This document shows positions 1-11,041 of a DNA stretch of 64,000 nt, piece by piece. Numbering within the stretch: the stretch's first letter is position 1; each line of letters starts with the position of its first letter. The position numbers were made by a program, and so were the translations under genes. Under the pieces are notes generated by a model. That model did no database searches. It saw only the letters and a list, made by a program, of their open reading frames with translations, and was not told the origin of the DNA. Source of the DNA: Novakomyces olei (Eukaryota); assembly GCA_016906335.1 (NCBI GenBank), contig JADEYG010000001.1:1178001-1242000 (forward strand), given 5' to 3'.

Positions 1-610
1 ATCAGAATTATCAGAAATTTAAAAAAAAAAATAGATATTTAAAGGAATAGATATTTAAATATTTAAAGGAATTAAAAAGAATAATCTAGATTGCAAAAAG
101 CGATAGACTAGTCGCCAATCACAAATGCCAAAGAAACTCACGAGCAGTGCTCAAAGAGAAACTTGTATATATTACAAAACCAACTTACGGGAGGCTTAAT
201 GTGCCAGCCTGACAGGTAGTACCGGCACACTTGCACAAATCGGTCCACAGGATCTTGTACTGTGGGTATCTCTATTAAAAGCTCCGGGTGGCTCATAAAA
301 CTGGGAACGCGTTAGCACCCGGGACTTGAGCAAAAAACCTTACTTTGTAATCCGTTCAAGCATAGATCGCGGTTCAAGCACAAAAGTGGGAAGGGTCACT
401 CTCGACAGATCCATGCCAGGCCTAAAAATTAGGGTTTAGTCTCGTCAATTGCACGTCGTCAAAGTTCATACCGGAGCTGCTTGATAATTCCAAGAAGTAT
501 ATTCTGCAAGACACGTTAATACAATCCTGGGCAAGAAGCACGTCAAGAGCTATTTCTGCACTTACTTTGCCCTCATCGGGAAGCTCTTCATCGTTACTGC
601 CGGCCGACAT
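1..610 (-). CDS. OSH6: Oxysterol-binding protein-related lipid transfer protein, Osh6/Osh7 type; 5' part only, gene runs off the window start
   Basis: Hand-spliced exons 610-566, 503-472, 421-344 and 300-189 (GT..AG introns) give MSAGSNDEELPDEGKNILLGIIKQLRPGMDLSRVTLPTFVLEPRSMLERITNFMSHPELL...DRFVQVCRYYLSGWHIKPP, the Osh6/7 ORD N-terminus. Osh6 vs Osh7 cannot be distinguished. Confidence 0.9.
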
Positions 611-947
611 TGTGTGAAGGAGGACGCAAGCCGCGTTTCGTCGTATTATATCATACAGTCGTCTGGATTTATGTACTTGTTTGTGTATGAGGCACAACCT
701 TTTATTAATTTAATTATACATTTTGGGCGGGACATTTTTATTACAATAATACTGCACGGGCAGAATCTGGCAGACTTGTTTTGTATTGCATACGTATCAC
801 GTCCATATACATAATATATTCACGGCGCAGACCGAGAAAACCTTTGTATATTAGACAATGCCGTAAGCATAGGACGGGCAGAGCACGTGTGCCTCCACCA
901 AACTGTCTGGTAGATTGGCGCTGGCGTAAAAGCTTGAATATAAATCG

Positions 948-1014
948 CAATTACAAAAAACAATTACAAAAAACAATTACAAGGAACAATTACAAAAAAA
1001 CAATTACAAGGAAC
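948..1014. repeat. About 5 copies of a 13-14 bp CAATTACAA(AA/GG)AA minisatellite
   Basis: Direct tandem repeats read from the sequence. Confidence 0.85.
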
Positions 1015-1639
1015 TGATTAGAAGACATTAGTGCGTAAATACAACTAACTAATCATGGAACAAGGCACATACACAATGCAAAAACCAACAAAACAAACAG
1101 AATCTAATCCGAACGGCAATTAAGCGAGTATAATAGCAATGGTATAGTGAGCAGTGTAGTTGGCAACACGCAAACCCAGCGGCGACAATGAGACGCGATA
1201 AAGAAAAGTTCCACTGGCAATACTATACTCAGCCGATATATAAAGGCCGAATTGCTTATTAGCCTCTCAAAGTAACCTACTCGTGTGCCATATACGATAT
1301 GGGGGTGACGGAAATAAATATTTCGGAAGCACCGAAAAAGTCTGCCGAGCAAGTCGCCGATCGTCATGCACGCGTTGGAACGTTTGTGTCTCTGGCGCGT
1401 TTCGAATAATACATGGACATATTTAATTGGCACATTGTGCTTAGACTGTTTGTGCATACGAGACAATAGTATTTAAACATGTTTTAGATTTTAGCAGAGG
1501 CACCTTTGTGTTTGGCTGCCTCTTTTAGCCTTTGCTATTTCTAATGCAGGAGGGGTGTACGTGCAATTGCTTAATAAAGTGAGAGCGATATACGTTGGAT
1601 AAGGATTGATATTGTAATAGAATAGTATGCCAGACAAAC

Positions 1640-1885
1640 AGGACTATAAACAATAAACACAAGATGAGCAAACAAAAATAACAAACGAAAAACGTACAAA
1701 AAAAGTACAAAAAATGCAAAAAACAAAAAATGTAGAAAACAAAAAATGTAAAAAACAAAAAATGTACAACTCAAAACCTGTAAAAACAAAAACCTGTAAA
1801 CAACAAAAGAATACACAAATGATGTAATACACAAAGGTTATTATAAAACAATATAATAACAAATAATATAATAAAGGAAAAAAAT
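1640..1885. repeat. A-rich low-complexity tract with AAAAAATGTA-like units
   Basis: Composition and short repeats in the OSH6-tricalbin intergenic region. Confidence 0.7.
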
Positions 1886-2179
1886 CCAGTGCGTTATACA
1901 CAGACATGGCAAAACGCGAGATAAAAGCACATCACACGTGCACTAGCGTTACTTAGTCACCCGTGCTAGCTGATGCACCTCCTTCCCTTTTGGTCGAAAC
2001 AGCCTCATGTAAGTATCTCTTGCGATTAGCGAGGCAAACGAGCAAAAGCAAAGTGCTGGCAAAATCTCGTCACGCGCACAAACGAGGCCGGTCGAAATTG
2101 TGATTGGAGATTAGTGAGCGGATTTTGATTCGAGCGGTTCCATTATCGAAGACTCGTTCTTTGTCTCTGAGCAGAAAGG

Positions 2180-5100
2180 ATGGCTTTTGGTCGCAAGAAG
2201 CATGAGGAAGAGGCAGCAGAGACAGAAGAAGCGGCTACCGCTGCACATCAAGAGGAAGACTCTCTAGTCAAAGAAGCCGAGGCTGCGGGTGTGGAAGCGT
2301 ACGAATTTAATCCAGATGCATCGCCCGAAGAAAAGGCGGCTGCTGCGAAAAAGGTATGCTGACTGATCTGTCTGGGTTTGCCTGCCGACCGGGGGAAGAG
2401 AACTCTATGGTAGCAATTGAAAACCAGTCAAAAGAAAGAAAAGAAAATAAGAATAGGGAATGAATTGCAAAAGGGACAAACCGATAAATGGACAAGAATT
2501 AAATGGGCACAAATTAAAGAACGAGAATAAAAGGACAAGAATTAAAAGGGCAATGGCTGAAGGAACAAGAGACTCTGTAAAAGACAATAAAAATCTGGGA
2601 ATGAAGAGCAGCTCATAATTTAAGAAATGCTTTAAACGGATGCTAACATTGTACAGCTTATGCCGAAAGGCATGAAGGTTCATCGCCGGAAAGAACCGAC
2701 AAACCAATCGCTGGTTACTGATGTGGATGCACCGCCAATTGACCCGCCTGATCTGCCTAAACCATCGGGCCCCGTCTTTGAAGCATCCAAAACAGCGGAC
2801 AAATCAGCAATGCCCTTGGCTCATCGAGGCGCAGAGACCCACAAGGCAGGCTGGGAGCAGGTCAATGGTGGTAACTATGCGGACTATGCAAAGTTTGTAG
2901 TTGAAGATGGCGACAAAGGCCTTTCCCCCGGAGCCGCTCATGAGTCTCCGCCCAGTTTCGTGGAGACGAAACTGAAGCCCAATATGTACGGAGAGTGGTG
3001 GCACAACTCGGCTGTTATTTTTGTTGCAACGTTCTTTTCCTGGGTCTGGGGCCGCCTCCATGGAGGTCTGTTTGGCCTGGCCTTTGTCGGCCTTGTTTGT
3101 GCTACTTATTACAGGCTTAGTGTCAGACGTATGCGTCGTAATCTACGAGATGATATAAACAGGCTTAGTGTAAGACGCAAGCTGGAGTCTGACTTGGAAA
3201 CGACCGAGTGGATCAATAACTTTGTGGAAAAGTTTTGGATCCTGTATGAGCCTGTGCTGTCTGCTCTTGTTGTGGCCAATGTGGATCAAGTTCTGGCAGA
3301 GAACACGCCGGCCTTTCTCGACAGCCTTCGACTGTCCACTTTTACATTGGGCACAAAGCCTCCACGAATTGATAGTGTCAAGACCTACCCTCGGTCGGAC
3401 CAGGACGTAGTGCTGATGGACTGGCGCTTTTCTTTTACGCCCAACGATACTGCCGATATGACACAGAAACAATTGCGAAACAAGGTTAACCCTAAAGTTG
3501 TTTTGCAAATTCGTGTGGGCAAGGGTATCGCCTCTGCTGGACTCCCCATACTGGTCTCCGATTTTGCCTTTTCCGGGCTCATGCGGGTCAAAATCAAGCT
3601 GATGGCTCGAGCTCCTCACATCCAGATTGTAGACGTGTGCTTTTTGGAAAAGCCCAATTTCGATTATGTGCTAAAGCCCTTGGGCGGTGAAAAGCTCGGG
3701 TTCGATGTGGCAAATTTGCCTGGACTCTCCCAGTTTATTCAAGAGCAAGTGCACTCTAATTTGGGTCCAATGCTGTACGCTCCCAATGTCTTTACCATCA
3801 ACGTTGAACAAATCCTTGCTGGCGAAGCCCTGGACGCTGCTCTGGGAGTAATCCAGGTAACCGTTTACAATGCCCGTGACCTTCGGTCTGCCGATGTTAT
3901 CTCCGGAGATCCTGATCCTTATGTCCGTCTGAGCTACAATGGGGGTCCTGAGCTGGCGCGTACGGACATCAAGAAGAGCACACGGTCGCCCAACTGGGCA
4001 GAGACAAAGTACCTTTTGTGCAATAAACTGTCGGACCAATTACTGCTAGAAGTCTTTGATTTCAATGACGTTCGAGCGGACAAGCTGCTTGGGGGAGTCG
4101 CCTTTGACTGCGACCAGCTTTCGCCCGATGACGAGGCCAAATACGAAGGAATGACCTCTGATATCTTGCAAGGAGGCAAGCCCAAAGGCCAGTTGCACTA
4201 CGATCTAATGTGGTACCCTGCACAAAAGCCACGGGTCCTTGACGATGGCAGCCTGGAAGATCCGGCTCCGGACGCTGAAACGGGGATTGCACGGATCACT
4301 ATTGGCAGTGCAGAGAATTTGGAGCACGCGATTGCCACAACGATCAGCCCTGTCGCTGTTTTGCTCCTCAATGGCCGAGAAGTGCATACGACAAAGGTAA
4401 TGAAAAAGACAAATAATCCAGTGTGGAATGATTCCTTTGAGTTTCTCGTGGCCACCCGGTCGGACTGCCGTGTGGGTCTACGGATCAAGGACACTGCTGG
4501 CAAAGGCGGAGACAAGAACAAAGTGGTGGGCACTTGGCAGATGATGATTAATGACCTGAAAGACTCTAATGAGAATGGCAACAATACCTTTGACCTGAGC
4601 CACTGCCGCTCTGGGGCCAAAGTGCATGTAGATCTGCGCTGGCGGCCGCTGTCTATCTCTGGCGGACTGCAAGGCAAAGGTGGCTACTCGATGCCGTTGG
4701 GCGTAGCAAGGATCCATTTCCATAGTGCTGCTGATCTGCGAAGTGCCGATTTTCTTGGTGGCAAATCAGACCCCTTTGTTCGGGTCACGAGTCCCTCGCT
4801 TGTCCACAATCTGCAGACAGTTCCGATACGCAATACGACAGCTCCACAGTGGGACGAAGTGCTCTACGTACCCGTCCGCCGGGCCGGAGAGAAGTTTATG
4901 TTTGAAGTCTTGGATTTTGACACGGGCAGCAATAAGCGGTCCTCCTCCTCTTCGTTAGGGTTTACAGAGTTCCGGATGGGAGCGCTTATGCGTAAAGGCG
5001 AAGGCGACAAGTGGGAGGCTAATACGGAGGATAAAGTACAGACTCGGCCGCTGCTTACGAAAAAGAACCGGCGTCCTGCAGGCAGTATTACATTTACTGT

Positions 5101-7201
5101 ACAGTTTTTCCCTTCGCTTAATATAGCGGATCCCTTTGAGGCAGAGAAGAAGGAGAAGGAGCAGGAGCAGGAGCAAGAACAAAAGACTCTGGGCAAAGAG
5201 CAGCCGGCATTTGATGCCGGAGCTGGCAGCCGAGCAAAGCTGGAAGTGCCGGCAGAAAAAATGGTAAAATCCTCAGCTGATGCTGTAGCAGAAGCGCAAG
5301 AGGATCTGGACACAGGCGGCTCCGGGAACGAAGGCGACGAGGCAGCAAACGAATCGAAAAAAGTACGTCTTTCTCCGGAAGAACTGCTGTCGTACAACTC
5401 TGGCTTTGTTGTCTTTAACATTATAGACGGCGATCTGAGTCAGAAGAATGTATCAGTCAGCGTTATGTTTGACGATGCAGCCTATCCTTCGTATACGACT
5501 GCTCGAGCGTCTAAAGCTCGAGCGCGATGGAACGAAGTAGGTGAAGGGTTTGTAAGGGATTTAGAGAATTCGCAGACGGTAGTTTACCTCGTCAACAAGT
5601 CAGGCGACGGCGAAGTGCCTTTGGCTCAGATTGCTATAAAAACGAGTGACGTTTTACGGGAAACACTAAACAATCCGTCAGTGTTTACACTGACTTCGGC
5701 AGAGGGCAGTTCGAGTCGGGTACGGCTCAGTTTCAAGTACGTCCCAACGCCAGTGCAATTGAGTGCGGGAGAGGCGTTTACAAACCAGGGGCTTTGCAAA
5801 ATAGACCTGATAGAAGGGAGGGACCTTTTAGCGGCAGACTCCTCGGGCAAGTCGGACCCGTATGTCGTAATGCACATGAACGGAGTCAGGTTCTTCAAGA
5901 GCAAAACCGTTAAAAAGACGCTGAACCCCAAGTTTGGCGAGCAGACTCTGGTGGATGTTCCCTCCCGGACAGCCTCGGATTTCAGGCTGAACGTGTTTGA
6001 CTGGGATATGGCCAACAAGGCCGATAAAATCGGTGTTGGCCACGTTGAGATGACACAGCTGCAGCCGTCAGAGCCTTCCACAGTGCACGTAAAGCTCGAT
6101 CCTCAGGGCTATATAGTTTTGCGGCTCACTTTTACTCCACAGTGGGTCACCCGTGCCAAACTGGCTGGAGCCTCGTCCGTTATGGGCGACGTTCTCGGCC
6201 TCGCTCAGGGCCTTGGAGGGATCCCGCTCAAGGGAGTCGGCCTGGTAGGCGGAGCTGCTCTTACTGGAGCCGGAGCTGCTGGCAAATTTGCCGGCAAGGG
6301 AGTCGGCACAGTTGGTAAAGGAGTAGGCAATGTTGGCAAAGGAGTGGGCAAGGGAGTCGGGTCAGGTGCCGGCCGGATCCTCGGCTTCCGTCGCCGGCAC
6401 AAGGCCGGGTCGATTGCCAGTGGAGGCGTCCATGACGAAGAGGCAGAGGCAGTAGCTGAAGAAGAGGAGGAGGAGGAGGATGCTTTGGACGGTACTAACG
6501 GTACTAACGGTACTAACGGCAACAGGGAATTGTCAAAAGAGCCGTCGATCCGTAACTCTAATACTAATTCTATGCGCCCGTCTATTTCCAGCAATCGTCC
6601 AGCCGGTTTTGCTAATGGAGCCGATGCTAATGGCGGCAACAATGGCGGCAATGGCAATGGCAGTGACCGACCCGTACACGCTCATACTGGCAATGTCGAG
6701 GAGGAAAAAGCGGCTTTAGCCGGTGGCACTACTGCCGTTATCCACGGGCCCGCTGGAGCAGCGGCCATGGGCTTGCCCGCGTCGGCAAGTAATGCTGCGC
6801 CTGAGAATGGTGTGTATGAAGTCGATATCCTGTCGGGCAAGGGCTTCACCGACAAGAAAGTTTACGTAGCCGTGCGGACAAGTAAGCGTACGGTGTACCA
6901 TACAAAAGCGACACGCGGCCCGCAGCCCGAGTTTGAGGACCATTTTTCCACCAGAATTGTGTCCACCGAGCAGCTCACGTTCCTGGCCCGGGAGAAGGCC
7001 ACGTTTGGCCACGACCACGATATCGGCCAGGGCGCTTTTTTGGTTTCAGATCATCCTGCTGGCGAGTTTGAGCTCGAACTCGGTGATTCTGGGTGTAAAT
7101 TGAGGCTGCGCGCTCGGTTTCAGCCAGTGAAAAATAGCGATACCGCTTCCGTCTCGTCCAGACGTATCTCGCGGTCCGGCTCCCGCGTGACGTCGTCGTG
7201 A
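2180..7201 (+). CDS. TCB: Tricalbin / extended synaptotagmin (TM hairpin, SMP domain, multiple C2 domains); ER-plasma membrane tether
   Basis: Exon 2180-2353, intron 2354-2656 (GTATGC..GCTAAC..CAG), exon 2657-7201. SMP start ETTEWINNFVEKFW..FTLGTKPPRID; C2 motifs DPDPYV, GKSDPFV, GKSDPYV. Confidence 0.93.
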
Positions 7202-7280
7202 TTCCGATTGATTGATTGATTGATTGATTGTGCGTGTAGTGTGTAGTAATAAACTCGTTCACAATGTCGTTGATAGTTCT

Positions 7281-7370
7281 AGGGTTAGGATTAGTTAGGG
7301 TTAGTTAGGGCTATAGTCTTGTCAATATCTATTATCAGGGTTAGTTAGGGTTAAAGCTATTAGGGTTAGT
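7281..7370. promoter_or_regulatory. Telomere-like (TTAGTTAGGG)n cluster upstream of the ankyrin-FYVE-RING gene; candidate Myb/telobox (Teb1/Tbf1-type) sites
   Basis: AGGG cores at 7297/7307 and 7337/7347; the same motif recurs in many intergenic regions. Confidence 0.6.
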
Positions 7371-7514
7371 AATCAGTGGTATTATTAATTAGTATTTTTG
7401 TTTATAATAAATAAACGGCTCTCGAGCCGACTCGTGTTCACTTGGCCTCTCAACGTTTGTCCGGCCAGTCTACACTAGTCGTCGCCGCTAGTCAGTGACT
7501 GGTCGAGCTTTAGT

Positions 7515-10500
7515 ATGGACAGATCAATGCCGCCGCTGCAAGATGGAATCGCTCATCGGTTTATCCCACATTGTATCGCGGAGCAGCAGCTCAGTATCCT
7601 TCAGCACGTGCGACGCGCGCGTCCACCCGTAGATGACGCGGCTATGCGACGCGTACTCGACCGCGATGACGCGGTGGAGTTCTCTCACAAATTGCCTTCA
7701 GCGCCACTGACAAGTCCGACAGGCGTAACACTATTGCATCGCGCGTGTACACACAACGCACTCGGCTGTGCCCGTGTGCTTTTGGACCAAACGCCGTCGC
7801 TTTTGTCGCAACAGACAATTGATGGAGAGGTAAGAAATAAAGAGGATTAAAAGAAAGAGGAACAAACGATAAAGAGGAACAAACGATAAAGAGGATTAAG
7901 GGTGGAATTGATTGTGGCTCTATGGAAAAGAAAATAAAAAAAGAAAATAAAAAAAGAAAATAAAAAAAGAAAATAAAAAAAGAAAAGAAATAAACATGAA
8001 TAAACAGACGAGTTTTGAATAGAAAACAAGTTGTTAATCGTGCAGACGCCCGCTCACTGTGCGAGTGCAGCTGGAGCACTCGAGTGCTTGGCTTTATTAC
8101 ATGACCGGGGAGATTCTTGTGCGGAAAAAGATCGGTTTGGCTGGACTCCGTTGCATGCTGCCTGCAGCAATGGATTCACGGCTGCCGTAAAATACCTGTT
8201 AGCGATCGGTGTGGACGCGAATGCCCAATCAGACACGGGTGTGACTCCTCTGAGTAAGGATATTTCACTTATCTATTCGATGTTTAAAACAAAATTATCA
8301 CCCAAAATAAAATAACAAAATAAGATGAAGAAATATTTAAAAAAAAAAAAATAAGAACAATATTGACAACCATATAAAATTGAATAATATTGACTAAGGA
8401 AATCTAATATCTAGTGAGCGCAATTTCGAGAGAACACTATGCATTGGTGCAGCTACTGCTAAATTCTCAGCAGGTAAATGCTGCATTTGTGAGCAAGTAT
8501 GGGGTTACTGCGTATGACCTAGCTTGTAGTATCCCCAATTTATATCTGGCCTCGCGTGTCTGTGATGCAGAAAGACCGCCCGCCCACCACCGATCTCGGC
8601 CCTACTTTGTATTTGAGTCAGCCCGGCTTAACCCTAAGACTCAGCTGCCTGATGCAAGACAGTTAAAAGCTGGTGATCCGCCTCATTTTGCTCAGAGCGA
8701 AGAACCAACGAGGCCGGTCAGGCTACAGAGCGTCCGTATCCCGCTACCTTCATCCCACCATTGCTGGGCAACCGAGTGGACAGTCGACAATTCTGGACCT
8801 GGAGTGGCGCAAGATGGATGGTACTATGCGAGTGAAATCACATTTGGACAAAGCGTTAGGTGGCACGCTCACAAACCATCGGCTGAGCATGCAAATATAA
8901 CCCGTGACTCTTGGCTCTGCCGACGTATATGGACTCGGGTTATGGTGGACATGGCTCCAGACGCAAGTAGCGAAGCTCGTACAGGTAGGCAAGAAACATG
9001 ACCTTTTCTTGTTTTGTTTATATTTATATTTATATTTATATTTATATTTATATTTATATTTATATTTATATTTATATTTATATTTATATTTATATTCTAG
9101 AATTTTATGATATTTTATTTCGTTATACTTTATTCATCTCGTGAACTATATTGACTTTGACGGCACATTGCCTGCTTAGTCGTGTGTTGATGACATTTCT
9201 CATTGCCTAGTCTGTGCCTACTCCGGTTGGCGGGATGACCACGGCGATGATTCTGGCTATGAATCAGAGAGCGCTGACTCTGATTCGGAGCAAGTCGGCC
9301 TTGAACGGGACAGTGTTCAGCTTTTACCTATATCAGATTCAATTGCACGGACTTTTGAGCCAGTATTCGCTTCCGTGTCTCCTGCATCTTTTACCCGTTT
9401 TGCTTTAGGAAAGTGTTCCGATGTGATTATCGACAATAATAAAGACGATAATAACAACAATGATGACGATAGTAACAATAATGATGATAACAACAATGAT
9501 GATAACAACAATGATGACAACAACAATGATGATAACGGCACTGTCAACAATAGCGTCAACGACAATACTGACGCTAATACTAATAACGACAATAATGCAA
9601 GGCAGACAGACGGCCGTGAGCAGGACGGATCGTCTGGAAATCGGCCTTCTCGGTGGCAGCCGGACGGAGAAGCCGGCAAGTGCCCAATCTGTGGCCGTGA
9701 GTTTACCATATTTGCACGCAGACACCACTGTCGGCTCTGTGGCCGAGTTGTTTGTGGAGCCTGTTCTCGGGAAAAGTACCCTTTGCATTCTAGCGAGATT
9801 CTCTTGGCTCCCTGGGAGCAGTCGCCCTCAGAGTTTCTGGATTTAAGCACTAATGAACTCGTTCGAGTACGCGTTTGTGATGCCTGTTTCTCTCAAAAGT
9901 GTCAGGAAGCAGCTGTAAGCAATCTGCCCTCTCGCTCGCAGACTGGCGATTCTGCCGTGACTGCTCAACCGGCTCGAATTGCCACGAGAAGTGTGACCTC
10001 TGCTAATAATTCTCGGCTTACTGTCGGCGAGGGAGAGGATTCAATGACAGAGTGTCCTGTATGTGGCATTACTTTCGCACGGTTTGCCGTGCAGGCAGAT
10101 GCAGAGGCACACGTGCGTGCCTGTTTAGAGGGATTAGCTCATTCGCCCACTCGTGCTTCAAAGCGGTATATTGGTAAGAACGGAAGAAACAAAAAATGAA
10201 GAGAAAATGAAGAGAAAATGAAAAGAAAATGAAAAGAAACTGAAATGAAATCGATATTAAAAATAAGAAAAAAATCAAGAAAAAAGATGAAAGTCAAAGA
10301 AAAATAAGGGATTAAAAGAAGGGTTTAATGCAATAATACTTGTAATGAAAAGTAGAAATAAACAATTGCCTATCTACAAGGAGACAAGCAGGCCGGATGA
10401 AAAACAAAAGGAAAAAAAAAAAAAGACATTAGTGGCTCGACTAATATTTAGTGTATCGTTTAATGACGGACTCGGGTCTGGTCGGGTTAGAATGCTCAAT

Positions 10501-10636
10501 TTGCTTCAACGAGTTTGAGCCCGATGATCTTATGGCGCGAATGACGTGTTTGTGTAATTTTCATCGTGACTGTATCCGCGAATGGCTCGCATCGGGCGGC
10601 CGCGGGTGCCCGCTGCATACTTCTCGAGTCGCTTAG
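7515..10636 (+). CDS. Ankyrin repeat - DysF - FYVE - C2HC zinc finger - RING protein (Pib1-like E3 ligase with an N-terminal extension)
   Basis: Predicted exons 7515-7829, 8046-8253, 8415-8984, 9211-10173, 10452-10636 splice in frame. Ankyrin GWTPLHAAC; DysF-like WATEWTVD..DGWYYA..RRIWTR; FYVE WQPD..RRHHCRLCG..RVC; Pib1-type RING CSICF..CLCNFHRDCI..CPLH. Confidence 0.8.
9018..9096. repeat. (TATATT)n microsatellite inside intron 3
   Basis: Perfect tandem repeat. Confidence 0.95.
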
Positions 10637-11041
10637 CAGCAGCAGCTCTTTCCTTTTTAACTGGTGTTTTATTGCGTTGAATGGCTTTTATGAGGCAGTA
10701 GATTAGTCCATATTTATTTTTGTGGCGGCAGCGTTCTGGTGTTTATATGGCTAATACATTATTGATAAATTAATGAACATTTTATATTTTTAATTGCTTC
10801 CTACTCCTTTGCCCGTTTGTTGCATCGTTTGCTATTAGCACATGTCGTTGGATTGTCTGGAACAGTACCAATTATAGCCCAACGTTTCCCATCTAATTCT
10901 GTTGCGTTTAGTCTACACGTCCAAAATATCATAATCGTAACAATCCGTCTCTTTCCTTTAATCGCCTATATCTTGTACCCTTTACCTCTGTTCCTCTAGT
11001 TTGGCTCTCAAATTCGTCAGTCTTTCTCCATACGCTCAGTT

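Noticed and set aside
1104-1466. 120-aa minus-strand ORF between OSH6 and tricalbin
   Set aside because: No motif or family resemblance; probably promoter/UTR sequence
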